Shown one piece after another: positions 39,447 through 50,614 of a stretch of DNA of 64,000 nucleotides. The DNA is from Eubacteriales bacterium (GTDB lineage: Bacteria; Bacillota; Clostridia; Oscillospirales; CAG-272), in assembly GCA_045611685.1 (NCBI GenBank), contig JAZKXO010000003.1:20767-84766 (forward strand), written 5' to 3'. The notes below the pieces were generated by a model. It was not told where the DNA came from. It did not search any database and saw only the letters and a program-made list of their open reading frames with translations. Numbering within the stretch: the stretch's first letter is position 1; each line of letters opens with the position of its first letter. The translations under genes and the position numbers were made by a program.

Positions 39447-41591
39447 ATGATCCTCATTATTGCGGAAAAGCCGTCGCTTGCGCGCAACATCGCCGACGGT
39501 ATCGCGAAAGCCGAAAACGTGCGGATGTCCAGAAAGGACGGCTATATCGAAGGCGGCTCGTATCTCGTGACGTGGGCATTCGGCCATCTGTTCTCCCTTT
39601 GTGATATTGAAACGTACCGCCCGAATCCCGAAGGAAACCGCTGGTCGGTCAAAAATATCCCGTGCTTTCCTGCGGATTTTCGGTTTGAACTCAGAAAGAA
39701 TGCGGACGGCACTCGCGATGTGGGTATCGAAAAGCAGTTCGGAACGATCCGCGCTCTATGCAACCGCCCCGACGTTGACGTGATCGTGAACGCGGGCGAC
39801 GCCGACCGTGAGGGCGAGATCATCGTCCGTCTCTGCATCGGGCACGCTTTGGAGAACGAAAAGGATCTTCGCCGGCTTTGGCTTCCCGATCAGACACCTG
39901 AAACTATCGCGCAGGCGCTTTCGGAGATGAAATCCGAGGCGGAATACGAGAACCTCGCAAACGAGGGGTACGCCCGTACATATATCGACTGGCTTTACGG
40001 CGTCAATCCCACCAGATACGCCACGCTGAAAACGGGGACGCTTCTGCGCGTCGGGCGCGTGATCGTGCCGATCGTCCGCGCGATCTATGACAGAGATATG
40101 GCGATTCGCAATTTCACACCCGAGCCGTACTTTGCCGTTGTCAGCCGCGCTCGGACGAACGGCGAGAGTGTAGAACTCACAAGCAAGCAGAAATTCGATA
40201 AACATCACAAAGCCGATGCCGAACGGCTCTCTGCCCGCTACAACGCGGCGAAAACGGTCGTTACGTCCGTGAAGCACAAAAAAGATAAGATGGCGCCGGG
40301 CAAACTGTACTCGCTTTCGAAACTCCAGAATGTCCTCAGCAAGAAGTACAAAATGTCCATGACGGAATCGCTCGAGATCGTACAGGGGCTCTATGAGAAA
40401 GGGTATCTGACCTATCCCCGTACCAACTCCGAGTATCTTGCCACCGCCGAGAAGGATAAGATCAGAAAGATCATCGATGGGGCGGTAAAACTCGGTTATC
40501 CGCTAGTTTTCAAGGACGGAAAGAATATTTTTGACGATTCGAAAATTGAATCGCACTCCGCGCTCACCCCCACGTACAAGATTCCCGATAAGAACCACCT
40601 TACCGAAAAAGAGATGCAGGTTTACTCCACCGTATTCCGCCGCTTTGCCGCGGTTTTCTGTCGGGAGGATTGCCTTGTTGATAAAACGGAGATCAAGATC
40701 GCCGTTATGGAAGGCGAGACGGTTCTTGAGGAGTTCACGCTCCGCGGAACGGTGATTCTCGAACGCGGTTGGATGAAGTACGACGATACCGCGCAAAAGG
40801 ATAAGATTCTGCCGCCGCTCGGGAAGGGCGATATTCTTACAACCGATTTTAGGCCTGCCGAAAAAGAGACGAGTCCGCCAAAGCATTACACGATTGAAAC
40901 GCTCAACAATTATCTCAAAAATCCGTTCCGCGAAGAAAAGGCGGCTGCCGATAAAGCCGAGCGGGCGGAGGATGAGGCAGATGACAGGGAAGAATACCGC
41001 GCGATGCTTGAGGGATTGGAACTTGGCACAGAAGCGACGCGAACGGGCATTATAGACAACGCCCGAAAATCCGGATACATTGAACTGAAGAAAGACGTAT
41101 ATACGATTTTGCCGGACGGCGAATTTCTCATTGAATCCATCTCGCAGATGGGAATAGGCATGGATAAGTACAAAACCGCCGAGGTCGGGCGTGCTTTGAA
41201 GCGTGTGTTCCGCGGCGAATCTACCGTGCGCGAAAGCGTGGCGATCGCCGAGGCGGAGATCTCTGCCGTGTTTCAGAAAAAGGATGCGCCACCTGCCGAA
41301 GATACGGATACCGGCTATTTCGGTGATATCGTGGGAAAATGCCCCCTTTGCGGTATGGACGTCCGCCGCACGCGCCGCGGCTACGGCTGCGCGGGTTATA
41401 AAGAGAACGGCTGTAAATTCAGCATTTACTCGCCGATCTGTGCGCGTGTGATTCCCAAAGCGAGCGTGGAGCAGCTTCTGCGCGACGGACGTACCGATAT
41501 AATCAGCGGTTTTGTGTCGAAACGGACGGGAAACAAATTCGACGCGCGCCTAAAACTCGAAGGCGATCGTGCTGTGTTTGATTTTTCATAA
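39447..41591 (+). CDS. topB: Type IA DNA topoisomerase (Topo III-like)
   Basis: IAEKPSLA, DADREGE, LTYPRT, HSALTPT, LGTEATR, C-terminal Zn ribbon. Confidence 0.88.
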   Translation: MILIIAEKPSLARNIADGIAKAENVRMSRKDGYIEGGSYLVTWAFGHLFSLCDIETYRPNPEGNRWSVKNIPCFPADFRFELRKNADGTRDVGIEKQFGTIRALCNRPDVDVIVNAGDADREGEIIVRLCIGHALENEKDLRRLWLPDQTPETIAQALSEMKSEAEYENLANEGYARTYIDWLYGVNPTRYATLKTGTLLRVGRVIVPIVRAIYDRDMAIRNFTPEPYFAVVSRARTNGESVELTSKQKFDKHHKADAERLSARYNAAKTVVTSVKHKKDKMAPGKLYSLSKLQNVLSKKYKMSMTESLEIVQGLYEKGYLTYPRTNSEYLATAEKDKIRKIIDGAVKLGYPLVFKDGKNIFDDSKIESHSALTPTYKIPDKNHLTEKEMQVYSTVFRRFAAVFCREDCLVDKTEIKIAVMEGETVLEEFTLRGTVILERGWMKYDDTAQKDKILPPLGKGDILTTDFRPAEKETSPPKHYTIETLNNYLKNPFREEKAAADKAERAEDEADDREEYRAMLEGLELGTEATRTGIIDNARKSGYIELKKDVYTILPDGEFLIESISQMGIGMDKYKTAEVGRALKRVFRGESTVRESVAIAEAEISAVFQKKDAPPAEDTDTGYFGDIVGKCPLCGMDVRRTRRGYGCAGYKENGCKFSIYSPICARVIPKASVEQLLRDGRTDIISGFVSKRTGNKFDARLKLEGDRAVFDFS

Positions 41592-41629
41592 AAAAGAGCC
41601 GATGCTTTCGCATCGGCTCTCAATTTTTT

Positions 41630-42916
41630 TCATTTTTTGGGAATCAGTTTTTCCGTGCCGCCCATGTAGGGACGGAGGGCAACGGGAATATTTACGGATC
41701 CGTCGGCGTTCAGGTTGTTTTCGAGGAACGCGATCAGCATACGCGGCGGCGCTACGACGGTGTTGTTGAGAGTATGTGCAAGATACTTGCCGTCCTCGCC
41801 GTTTACGCGGATTCTGAGGCGGCGCGCCTGCGCTTCACCGAGGTTCGAGCAGCTGCCGACTTCAAAATACTTCTTCTGGCGGGGAGACCATGCTTCCACG
41901 TCGCAGGATTTTACTTTCAGATCAGCAAGGTCGCCGGAGCAGCATTCGAGCGTGCGTACTGGGATATCCAGAGAACGGAACAGATCGACAGTGTTCTGCC
42001 ACAGCTTGTCGTACCACATCATGGAATCCTCCGGCTTGCAGACGACGATCATTTCCTGCTTTTCAAACTGGTGGATGCGGTATACGCCGCGCTCCTCGAT
42101 GCCGTGCGCGCCTTTCTCCTTGCGGAAGCAGGGAGAGTAGCTCGTCAGCGTGTAGGGGAGTTCTGCTTCGGGGATGATCTGATCGATGAATTTACCGATC
42201 ATGGAGTGCTCACTCGTACCGATGAGGTAGAGATCCTCGCCCTCGATTTTGTACATCATGGCTTCCATTTCCGCGAAACTCATAACGCCCGTTACGACGT
42301 CGGAACGGATCATAAACGGCGGGATGCAGTACGTGAATCCGCGCTCGATCATGAAATCGCGTGCGTAGGAGATAACGGCGGAGTGCACGCGTGCGATATC
42401 GCCCATGAGGTAGTAGAAGCCGTTGCCGGCAACGCGGCGTGCGGATTCGAGGTCAATACCTGCGAAACGCTCCATGATGTCCGTGTGGTAGGGGATCTCA
42501 AAGTCCGGAACGACGGGCTCGCCGTATTTTTGGATCTCGACGTTTTCGCTGTCGTCCTTACCCATCGGAACGGAGGGATCAATGATGTTCGGGATGATCA
42601 TCATGATCTTCTTGATCTTTTCATCCAGTTCCTTCTCGAGTGCCTCGTCCTCGGCGAGTTTGTTGGCATTCTCGGTAACGAGACGCTTCATCTCTTCCGC
42701 TTCCTCGCGCTTGCCCTGCGCCATGAGAGCACCGATCTGCTTCGAATATTTGTTGCGGCTGCCGCGTAGCTCGTCCGCCTCGCGGATCACACGGCGGCGC
42801 TCGGTGTCAAGTTCAATCACCTCGTCCACGAGGGGCAGCTTCTGATCCTGGAATTTGTTTTTGATATTCTGCTTTACGATTTCGGGATTTTCTCTCAGAA
42901 ATTTAATGTCGAGCAT
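41630..42916 (-). CDS. serS: Serine--tRNA ligase
   Basis: MLDIKFLREN, GTSE, FRKE, HQFEKQE, EVGSCSN, TLNNT. Confidence 0.97.
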   Translation of the reverse strand: MLDIKFLRENPEIVKQNIKNKFQDQKLPLVDEVIELDTERRRVIREADELRGSRNKYSKQIGALMAQGKREEAEEMKRLVTENANKLAEDEALEKELDEKIKKIMMIIPNIIDPSVPMGKDDSENVEIQKYGEPVVPDFEIPYHTDIMERFAGIDLESARRVAGNGFYYLMGDIARVHSAVISYARDFMIERGFTYCIPPFMIRSDVVTGVMSFAEMEAMMYKIEGEDLYLIGTSEHSMIGKFIDQIIPEAELPYTLTSYSPCFRKEKGAHGIEERGVYRIHQFEKQEMIVVCKPEDSMMWYDKLWQNTVDLFRSLDIPVRTLECCSGDLADLKVKSCDVEAWSPRQKKYFEVGSCSNLGEAQARRLRIRVNGEDGKYLAHTLNNTVVAPPRMLIAFLENNLNADGSVNIPVALRPYMGGTEKLIPKK

Positions 42917-43045
42917 GGGTCCATGCCTCCTAATATCGGTATAATACTGTTATTATACCGCTTTACAGGAGAAAATGCAAGGGAAATATAAAAAAAGAAA
43001 AGAATCGGAGAACCTTTTCGGCCTTTCCGATTCTTTCTATGGATG

Positions 43046-45637
43046 TTACAAAACTGTCAGCCCCGTCTCGTCAAAGTCAACGGTGATCGTCGTTTCGGGT
43101 GCGGGATCGTCTCTGAGAATCTTACGCGCGATCTTCGTTTCGAGATTCGTCTGGATATACCGTTTGAGAGGACGTGCGCCGTACACGGGATCATAGCCTG
43201 CATCGGCAATGTGCGCTTTCGCGGCGTCCGTTACCGCGAGGGTGAGGCGGCGGTCGGTGAGACGCTTTTCGAGATCGGCGAGGATAAGATCCACGATGCC
43301 GCGGATGTTTTCTTTCGTTAGCGGCTTGTAGAATACGATCTCGTCCATGCGGTTGAGAAATTCCGGGCGGAAACTGCGTTTCAAGAGATCGTGTACGTTC
43401 TCCCGTGCGGTATCGCTGATTTCCCCCGTTTCTGTGATGCCGTCGAGGATTCTGTCTGAGCCGAGGTTGCTCGTCATGATGATGATGGTATTTTTGAAAT
43501 CCACCGTGCGTCCCTGGCTGTCCGTGATCCGTCCGTCGTCAAGTACTTGGAGAAGGACGTTGAATACGTCGGGATGTGCTTTTTCCACTTCGTCAAACAG
43601 TACTACCGCATAGGGACGGCGGCGAACCGCCTCGGTCAGTTGACCGCCCTCGTCGTATCCGACGTATCCGGGCGGCGCACCGATGAGACGGGACGTGGAG
43701 TATTTCTCCATATATTCGCTCATGTCGATGCGGATCATGCTGTGTTCGTCGTCAAACAAGGCCTCTGCCAAGGCTTTGGCAAGCTCCGTCTTACCCACGC
43801 CCGTCGGGCCGAGGAACAAGAACGAGCCGATCGGGCGGCGGGGATCCTGAATACCGGCACGAGAGCGGAGGATCGCGTCGGTAACGCGTGCAACCGCTTC
43901 GTCCTGACCGATCACGCGGCGATGGAGGGTATCGTCAAGGTGGAGGAGCTTGTCGCGCTCGCCCTCCATCAGTTTTGAGAGAGGAATACCGGTCCAGCGC
44001 GAGATGATCCGCGCGATCTCCTCTTCCGTTACCGTATCGCGAAGCAGCGATGCGGTCTCATTTTCACACTCGCTGTTTTCTGCCTTTTCCAACTCTTTTT
44101 GAAGTTCGGGCAGTTTGCCGAATTTGAGTTCTGCGGCTTTGGCAAGATCATATTCGTTCTCAGCGCGTTCGATGGCGGCGTTTGTCAGATCAATTTCCTC
44201 GCGCAGTTTTTGCACACGGGCGATCGACTGCTTTTCGTTCTCCCAGTGTGCTTTCATTTCGGAGAACGTTTCGCGCATACCGGCAAGTTCTTCATGAATG
44301 CTTGCGAGCCGTTCGGCGGAAAGTTTATCCTTTTCTTTGGAGAGTGCCGCCTCCTCGATTTCAAGCTGCATAATTTTACGGGAGATTTCGTCCATTTCCG
44401 TCGGCATCGAGTTTATTTCCGTTTTGATAAGTGCGCAAGCCTCGTCTACAAGGTCGATTGCTTTATCGGGGAGGAAACGGTCGGAGATATAGCGGGCAGA
44501 GAGCGTAGCCGCTGTGATGAGCGCCTGATCGTGGATCTTGACGCCGTGGAAGACCTCGTATTTCTCCTTGAGTCCTCTCAGAATCGTGATCGTATCCGGC
44601 ACGGCCGGCTCTTCTACGAGCACGGGCTGGAAACGGCGTTCCAGAGCCGCATCTTTTTCAATATACTTTCTGTATTCGTTCAGGGTTGTCGCACCGATGC
44701 AGTGGAGCTCTCCTCTGGCGAGCATCGGTTTTAAGAGATTACCCGCATCCATCGCGCCGTCCGTTTTGCCGGCGCCTACGATCGTGTGGAGCTCGTCAAT
44801 AAAGAGAATGATCTTCCCGTCGCTTTCTTTTACCTCGGTGAGAACGGCTTTGAGGCGCTCTTCAAACTCACCGCGGAATTTCGCACCTGCAATGAGGGCG
44901 CCCATATCGAGAGAGAAGATCGTGCGGTTTTTCAGATTGTCGGGAACGTCTCCGCGCACGATGCGCTGTGCCAATCCCTCCGCGATCGCCGTTTTGCCGA
45001 CGCCCGGCTCACCGATGAGGCAGGGATTGTTTTTCGTCTTGCGCGAGAGAATGCGGATCACGTTTCTGATCTCGTCGTCTCTGCCGATGACGGGATCGAG
45101 TTTTTGCCTCCGCGCCATTTCCACGAGATCCGTGCCGTATTTTTTGAGGGCGTCGTATGTGCTCTCGGGATTGTCGCCGGTTACGCGCTGCGTGCCGCGC
45201 ACGTTTTTGAGTACGTCGAGAAATTTTTGGCGGGTGATTCCGTGCTTTTTGAATAGTTCCGTGAGCGTTCTCTCTGCCTTTTCAAGAAGTCCCAAAAACA
45301 GGTGCTCGACGGAAACGTATGCATCCTGCATCATTTCCGCTTCCTGTTCGGCTTTCGTCAGCGCATCGTTCAGTTCACGGGAAAGATATACCTGTTCCGA
45401 ATCGATACTGCCGCTTATTTTTGGCAGAGATCGTATGGAACTGCTAACTTCTTCGTTTAGTTGAGCGGTTGAAATCTCCATCGAGCGGAGCATTTCCGGG
45501 ATCAGTCCGTCCGATTGTGTCAGAAGGGCGGAGGTGAGGTGTAAAGCGGTCAATTGTTGGTTGCCATACTCGACGGCAATATCCCGTGCACGCTGCACGG
45601 ATTCAAGACTTTTTTGTGTCAGCTTGTTTAGATTCAT
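43046..45637 (-). CDS. clpB: ATP-dependent chaperone ClpB (start may be 45700)
   Basis: Two AAA+ modules ([16 protein letters not shown]), M-domain coiled coil, GARPLKR. Confidence 0.96.
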   Translation of the reverse strand: MNLNKLTQKSLESVQRARDIAVEYGNQQLTALHLTSALLTQSDGLIPEMLRSMEISTAQLNEEVSSSIRSLPKISGSIDSEQVYLSRELNDALTKAEQEAEMMQDAYVSVEHLFLGLLEKAERTLTELFKKHGITRQKFLDVLKNVRGTQRVTGDNPESTYDALKKYGTDLVEMARRQKLDPVIGRDDEIRNVIRILSRKTKNNPCLIGEPGVGKTAIAEGLAQRIVRGDVPDNLKNRTIFSLDMGALIAGAKFRGEFEERLKAVLTEVKESDGKIILFIDELHTIVGAGKTDGAMDAGNLLKPMLARGELHCIGATTLNEYRKYIEKDAALERRFQPVLVEEPAVPDTITILRGLKEKYEVFHGVKIHDQALITAATLSARYISDRFLPDKAIDLVDEACALIKTEINSMPTEMDEISRKIMQLEIEEAALSKEKDKLSAERLASIHEELAGMRETFSEMKAHWENEKQSIARVQKLREEIDLTNAAIERAENEYDLAKAAELKFGKLPELQKELEKAENSECENETASLLRDTVTEEEIARIISRWTGIPLSKLMEGERDKLLHLDDTLHRRVIGQDEAVARVTDAILRSRAGIQDPRRPIGSFLFLGPTGVGKTELAKALAEALFDDEHSMIRIDMSEYMEKYSTSRLIGAPPGYVGYDEGGQLTEAVRRRPYAVVLFDEVEKAHPDVFNVLLQVLDDGRITDSQGRTVDFKNTIIIMTSNLGSDRILDGITETGEISDTARENVHDLLKRSFRPEFLNRMDEIVFYKPLTKENIRGIVDLILADLEKRLTDRRLTLAVTDAAKAHIADAGYDPVYGARPLKRYIQTNLETKIARKILRDDPAPETTITVDFDETGLTVL

Positions 45638-45782
45638 CGGGCGTAAACAGACGGCGCACGGTGTGTTTTCGGGGAATGGGGCGCCGCTTCTCCTTATCAT
45701 TCGTACTTTCCCCTGTACAAACAGTATCATACACGAGAAATGTGAACGTATATACGATGATATGTGATCAGTTTGTAAATGT

Positions 45783-45809
45783 TTAGCACTCTGTTTTTAC
45801 GAGTGCTAA
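45783..45809. promoter_or_regulatory. CIRCE element (HrcA operator) upstream of clpB
   Basis: Perfect TTAGCACTC-N9-GAGTGCTAA. Confidence 0.95.
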
Positions 45810-45810
45810 A

Positions 45811-47874
45811 TCACAGGGTAAACCAGGATACAAAATTCACGAGAATGCACGTGATCACTCCGATGACGGTTGGAAGTAAAAAGGCAACCGCCGTCCATTT
45901 GAGACTGCCGCTTTCCTTTTTGATCGTCCAAAGTGTAGTGGAGCAAGGCCAGTGCATAAGACTGAACAGAACGACGGTGAGGGCAGTTACCCACGTCCAT
46001 CCGTTAGCTTCGAGAAGAGTTTTGAGTGCGGTCAGGGACTCGTATCCTTTGATCGTTCCTTCTGCCATATATCCCATCATCATAATCGGGATGACCGTTT
46101 CATTAGCGGGGAATCCGAGAATGAATGCGAGAAGAATTACGCCGTCCATGCCCATGATTTTTCCGAGCGGATTTAATACATCGGTCAGATGCGCGAACAG
46201 GGAGGCATCCCCGACGTTTATGTTTGCCAAAAGCCATATGACGATTCCCGCAGGGGCGGCAACGGCGACGGCGCGGCCGAGAACGAATATCGTTCGATCA
46301 AGAAGAGAGCGAACGAGGACGGAGAGAATCTGAGGGCGTCTGTACGGCGGCAGTTCAAGCGTAAAGGAAGACGGTACGCCGCGAAGAAGGGTCTTGGATA
46401 AGAGAGAAGATACGAAAAGCGTAATCATGACGGAGAAAACGATGATCGCCGCCAAAAAAGCCGCGCCCCAGAACGAGGACACCGCCGTGTCAGTGGAAAT
46501 AAAGAACATCGACGTCATGGCGATGAGTAGCGGAAAACGTCCGTTGCACGGGACAAAGTTGTTCGTAAGGATCGCGATCAGCCGTTCTCTCGGTGAGTCA
46601 ATAATGCGGCATCCGACAACACCCGCGGCGTTGCATCCGAAGCCCATACACATGGTAAGCGCCTGCTTGCCGCAGGTACTGCATTTGTGAAAACAACGGT
46701 CAAGATTGTACGCGATGCGCGGCAGATACCCCACGTCTTCAAGAAGCGTAAACAGCGGAAAGAAGATCGCCATAGGCGGCAGCATAACGGAGACGACCCA
46801 GTAAAGAACGCGGTACATACCGAATACGAGCATCTCCGTGAGAAATTGCGGTGCGCCGAGGCCTTGGAGAAAGCGGCAAAGAGGCATCTCAAAAGAGGAG
46901 AATAAGTCCGAGAGAAACGACGACGGGTAATTCGCACCGACGATGGTGATCCAGAAAATGAGAAGGAGCAAAAGAAGCATCACGGGGTACGCAAAAATGC
47001 GGCCTGTCAAAACGCGGTCGATTTTCTCACGGCGCATATCCGTGGCTTTTTCGACGGACACCACCTCTTTGGCAATGGATTCCGCCGTCTTGACGAGAGT
47101 TTTCGCGATTTCGTCTGAAAGTCCGGCGGCTGTACGAGCAGTTTGGAGCGCCGCTACGGCACCAGCCGCTCCCGAGGAGGCGGAGTCCCCGTCCGCCTCT
47201 TTCGTGCCGTCCAGAAGGCGCAGAGCCTCGAAACGGGTTCCCACGCCGCCTTCCCGGAGAGTGGCTATCGCTTTCTCGATTTCGTCGTCGTATTGAACGG
47301 TATATGCACTCTCGGACGGATTGTCGGACGCGCGAGCCACCGCTTCTTGCAAACGTGCGATATCTTTTTTTGATCGCGCGGTGATGGCAATCACCGGTAT
47401 ACCGAGCCGTTTTTTCAATTTTCCTATGTCAATTTTGATATGCCTTTTTTTCGCTTCGTCTATAAGGTTTACGCAGAGAAGCACTTTTGGGGTTGCTTCG
47501 AGTATTTGGAGAACAAGATTCAGATTCCGCTCAAGGCAGCAGGCATCGCACACGACGACGGTCAGGTGCGGATTTTCATTTACGAGGAAATTCTTGGCCG
47601 CATCTTCCTCTTTCGAATGTGTGAGGAGGGAGTACGTCCCCGGCAGGTCCACCACGCAATACGTGCGTTCATCGTACGTGTATTTTCCAAAGGCCGTGCC
47701 AACCGTTTTTCCCGACCAGTTGCCCGTGTGTTGGTGCATACCGGTCAAGGCGTTGAAAACGGTACTTTTTCCTACGTTGGGATTGCCTGCAAGGGCAACG
47801 ACACAGTCGTGTTTATCGGTGTAATTTGCTACTCGGCCGGTTTCGGCGGCGAGAGAGGTTCTTGTCAGTCCCAT
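45811..47874 (-). CDS. feoB: Ferrous iron transporter B
   Basis: GNPNVGKST, DLPGTYSL, GFGCN, PCNGRFP, ELPPYR, HWPC. Confidence 0.95.
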   Translation of the reverse strand: MGLTRTSLAAETGRVANYTDKHDCVVALAGNPNVGKSTVFNALTGMHQHTGNWSGKTVGTAFGKYTYDERTYCVVDLPGTYSLLTHSKEEDAAKNFLVNENPHLTVVVCDACCLERNLNLVLQILEATPKVLLCVNLIDEAKKRHIKIDIGKLKKRLGIPVIAITARSKKDIARLQEAVARASDNPSESAYTVQYDDEIEKAIATLREGGVGTRFEALRLLDGTKEADGDSASSGAAGAVAALQTARTAAGLSDEIAKTLVKTAESIAKEVVSVEKATDMRREKIDRVLTGRIFAYPVMLLLLLLIFWITIVGANYPSSFLSDLFSSFEMPLCRFLQGLGAPQFLTEMLVFGMYRVLYWVVSVMLPPMAIFFPLFTLLEDVGYLPRIAYNLDRCFHKCSTCGKQALTMCMGFGCNAAGVVGCRIIDSPRERLIAILTNNFVPCNGRFPLLIAMTSMFFISTDTAVSSFWGAAFLAAIIVFSVMITLFVSSLLSKTLLRGVPSSFTLELPPYRRPQILSVLVRSLLDRTIFVLGRAVAVAAPAGIVIWLLANINVGDASLFAHLTDVLNPLGKIMGMDGVILLAFILGFPANETVIPIMMMGYMAEGTIKGYESLTALKTLLEANGWTWVTALTVVLFSLMHWPCSTTLWTIKKESGSLKWTAVAFLLPTVIGVITCILVNFVSWFTL

Positions 47875-47880
47875 GGCAGA

Positions 47881-48120
47881 TTACCGCGTTATGTGTACGG
47901 ATTCGGCATCGTTGTTTCTCAGAGCAATCACGGCGCCGCGGATCTCGTATGCCCTCGGATCCCCGAGAGGGCTTACACCGACGCATCTGACGGATGTGCC
48001 GGGGATCAGACCGATGTCCTGCAGTCGGCGGCGCATAGCACCGCCCAGCGTGATGTCCGACACGGTACCGCACTCACCGGGAGACAGCGCGCACATAGGT
48101 GTATAAGATAAAGAAATCAT
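47881..48120 (-). CDS. feoA: FeoA
   Basis: RRLQDIGLIPG...SPLGDP...IRGAVIALR; RBS GGAGG. Confidence 0.92.
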   Translation of the reverse strand: MISLSYTPMCALSPGECGTVSDITLGGAMRRRLQDIGLIPGTSVRCVGVSPLGDPRAYEIRGAVIALRNNDAESVHITR

Positions 48121-48199
48121 ATAGATTTTCCTCCGTGCATATTTTGGTGTAGGGAAACAATCTTTCCATTCACTACTATATGTCGGAGGTTGACGAATC

Positions 48200-48652
48200 G
48201 TGCCTGATGAAAGAGGGGAGCGCGAAGCGTTTCGCACGCTTAACGGATACCGAGAAGCGGAGAAAATGAAAATCACGCCGTCCATGGAAGATTATCTCGA
48301 AATGATTATGCGGCTGTCATCGGACGGGGAGACTGTACGTGTCTGTAATCTTGCGAGAAAACTGCACGTCACGCCGTCGTCTGCTACAAAAATGATTACT
48401 CAGCTTTGTGAAAAAGGATGCGTGTATGCAGAGCGGTACGGAGACGTTACGCTCACGGAGTACGGGCGGAATATGGGCACGTTTCTGATGCGGCGGCACG
48501 AGACGATCCATGCGTTTTTCTGTATGCTCAACGGGAGCCGTTGTGAACTGAGTCAAACGGAGAAGGTAGAGCATTTTATCGAGCCGCATACGCTCGCTTC
48601 CATGGAGAGGGCTCTCGAGCTATACAAAGAAAAAGAACAAGCCGCCCGATAA
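48200..48652 (+). CDS. DtxR/MntR-family metal-dependent regulator
   Basis: TPSMEDYLEMI, LHVTPSSATKM, RRHE, EKVEH. Confidence 0.88.
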   Translation: MPDERGEREAFRTLNGYREAEKMKITPSMEDYLEMIMRLSSDGETVRVCNLARKLHVTPSSATKMITQLCEKGCVYAERYGDVTLTEYGRNMGTFLMRRHETIHAFFCMLNGSRCELSQTEKVEHFIEPHTLASMERALELYKEKEQAAR

Positions 48653-48666
48653 GGGCGGCTTACGTA

Positions 48667-49125
48667 TTATCCTCTTTTTTCTACTTCCATGATGCGTGCT
48701 ACGCGTTCGGCGTGGCGGCCTCCCTCAAATGCGTGATCGAGGAACGCGTCCACGATGTCGAGTGCCAGTCCTTCGCCGACCACGCGTGCACCCATACACA
48801 AAACGTTCGCGTCGTTGTGGCAGCGGGTCATCTTGGCGGAATACGGTTCCGAGCAGCAAGCGGCGCGTATGCCGTGAATCTTGTTGGCGATGAGACTCAT
48901 GCCGATGCCCGTTCCGCATACGAGGATCGCGAGGTCCGCTTTACCTGCTACTACGGCGCGGCAGGCGGGCTCTCCGTGATCGGGATACTCGCATCTGGCA
49001 GTTGAGTCCGTGCCGAAATCGAGCACGCCGTATCCCTTTTCGCGTACGTGCGCAAGGATTGCGTTCTTCAGAATATATCCGCCGTGATCACAGGCGAAAG
49101 CGATGGTTTTCTTTGTTTGTTCCAT
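48667..49125 (-). CDS. rpiB: Ribose 5-phosphate isomerase B
   Basis: CDHGG, CGTGIG, HNDANVL, FEGGRH. Confidence 0.96.
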   Translation of the reverse strand: MEQTKKTIAFACDHGGYILKNAILAHVREKGYGVLDFGTDSTARCEYPDHGEPACRAVVAGKADLAILVCGTGIGMSLIANKIHGIRAACCSEPYSAKMTRCHNDANVLCMGARVVGEGLALDIVDAFLDHAFEGGRHAERVARIMEVEKRG

Positions 49126-49153
49126 GTTTTATTCCTACCATTTCTCCAAAATT

Positions 49154-49870
49154 TTATAAAGCACCACTCGCCGAAAGCTTTTCTTCCCGCGCGCGTTCGG
49201 CCTCTGTTTTTCTTAGATATATGGGTGTTACAGAGGATGCCGTGAATACGGATTTGTCCTCGGCCTTCGTGTATATGTCGTACGCGGCTTCGGCAACGGA
49301 AAAGGCAGAGGGCATCCGCTGTGCGACGGGTGTTGACAAAAGACGCGGATGCGTGAGGATGCCATACAGCTCATCGTATCCGTCACCGGTCAAATGAACG
49401 GGCATATCGTACGGCGCAAGATATTCGTCCATTTCGGAGGCTAAGACGATATCGTCTTCAGTGAGCCGTTTGACCTGCTCGCCGTCCGAAGAGAAGAGCG
49501 CTGAGTAAAACTGTGATCGGCGTGCACCGATGACGGGGCACAGGATACCCTCGAATCCTCTTAGGTTATATGCCATAGCGGTGAGTGAGGAGACACCCAC
49601 AGAGGGCTTTTCTGAGCCGAATGCAAGTCCTTGGAGTGTGGCGGCACCGATGCGGATCCCTGTAAAAGAGCCGGGCCCTACCGCTGTGGCGAAAAGATTA
49701 ACGTCGGAAAGACTGCATCCCGTGGCGGTAAGCATTTGCTCAACAAGCGGCAGAAGGGTCGTGCTGTGCGTATTGCCGGACGAAAGGGAAGAGAGCGCCA
49801 GCATTTCTCCATCCCGCCAGAGAGCGGCAGAAGCGGTTTTTGCGGTGCTTTCCAGTGCCAGTATCAGCAT
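49154..49870 (-). CDS. tsaB: t6A biosynthesis protein TsaB
   Basis: GPGSFTGIRIG, P.YLR. Confidence 0.93.
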   Translation of the reverse strand: MLILALESTAKTASAALWRDGEMLALSSLSSGNTHSTTLLPLVEQMLTATGCSLSDVNLFATAVGPGSFTGIRIGAATLQGLAFGSEKPSVGVSSLTAMAYNLRGFEGILCPVIGARRSQFYSALFSSDGEQVKRLTEDDIVLASEMDEYLAPYDMPVHLTGDGYDELYGILTHPRLLSTPVAQRMPSAFSVAEAAYDIYTKAEDKSVFTASSVTPIYLRKTEAERAREEKLSASGAL

Positions 49871-50340
49871 GGTGAACTCCTTTCGGGGGATAATGCTATA
49901 TTGTCGGGCAAGTTCATAACGATCTTCCTCGCGGTCTCGCCGGTTTTTGTAATGGTTACGGACAAAAGGTTGTCCGGTATCCGATCGCCGAGATGCTCGC
50001 TCCATTCCGCAATGCAGATGCCCGTTTTTAGGTATTCGTCAAATCCGATGGAGTCAAGGGAGTCGGCGTCCTCCATACGGTAGAGATCAAAGTGAAAGAG
50101 AGGGAAGTCACCGCGGCGGTATTCGTTGACAACGGTGTAGGTGGGGCTTTTTACGCGGCTCAGGGGTGATAAAACAGAGGCAAATCCACGGACGAACGCC
50201 GTCTTTCCCGCGCCGAGATCGCCGTATAACGCGACGAAGCAGGGTGTCTTCGGCATGGTTTCCACGATTGCTTCGGCGAGTGATGCACCGAGGTTTTCCG
50301 TTGTTTCGACAGCATCGGACAGAAATGTGAATTCTTTCAT
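49864..50340 (-). CDS. tsaE: t6A biosynthesis ATPase TsaE
   Basis: GDLGAGKT, SPTY, HFDLYR, EW. Confidence 0.95.
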   Translation of the reverse strand: MKEFTFLSDAVETTENLGASLAEAIVETMPKTPCFVALYGDLGAGKTAFVRGFASVLSPLSRVKSPTYTVVNEYRRGDFPLFHFDLYRMEDADSLDSIGFDEYLKTGICIAEWSEHLGDRIPDNLLSVTITKTGETARKIVMNLPDNIALSPERSSPC

Positions 50341-50476
50341 TTTATCCCCTCCTTTTACCGAATTTCATACGCGTATATTATAGCACAGATGGTGTTATCT
50401 CTGCAATACGGAAGAGAAAAATATTTGAAAAACTCTTGCAATAAAGTTGCCCATGGTGTATAATATTATAGTCAAT

Positions 50477-50553
50477 CCGCCCTTAGCTCAGCTGGATAGA
50501 GTATCAGATTCCGATTCTGAGGGTCGTAGGTTCGAATCCTGTAGGGCGGGCCA
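50477..50553 (+). tRNA. tRNA-Arg(CCG)
   Basis: TCAGA-TTCCGAT-TCTGA, GGTTCGAATCC, CCA; TTGCAA-17-TATAAT upstream. Confidence 0.95.
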
Positions 50554-50614
50554 AAAAGCCACTTGCGTGAGCAAGTGGCTTTTTTATGAGAAATGGAGAG
50601 AGGACGGTAAAACT

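Noticed and set aside
39447-41591. topB as a marker of an ICE or plasmid
   Set aside because: No conjugation, relaxase or integrase genes nearby; composition matches the core genome
42917-43045. T-box leader for serS
   Set aside because: A TTGCAT-17-TATAAT promoter lies about 35 nt from the start, leaving no room, and no T-box motif is present
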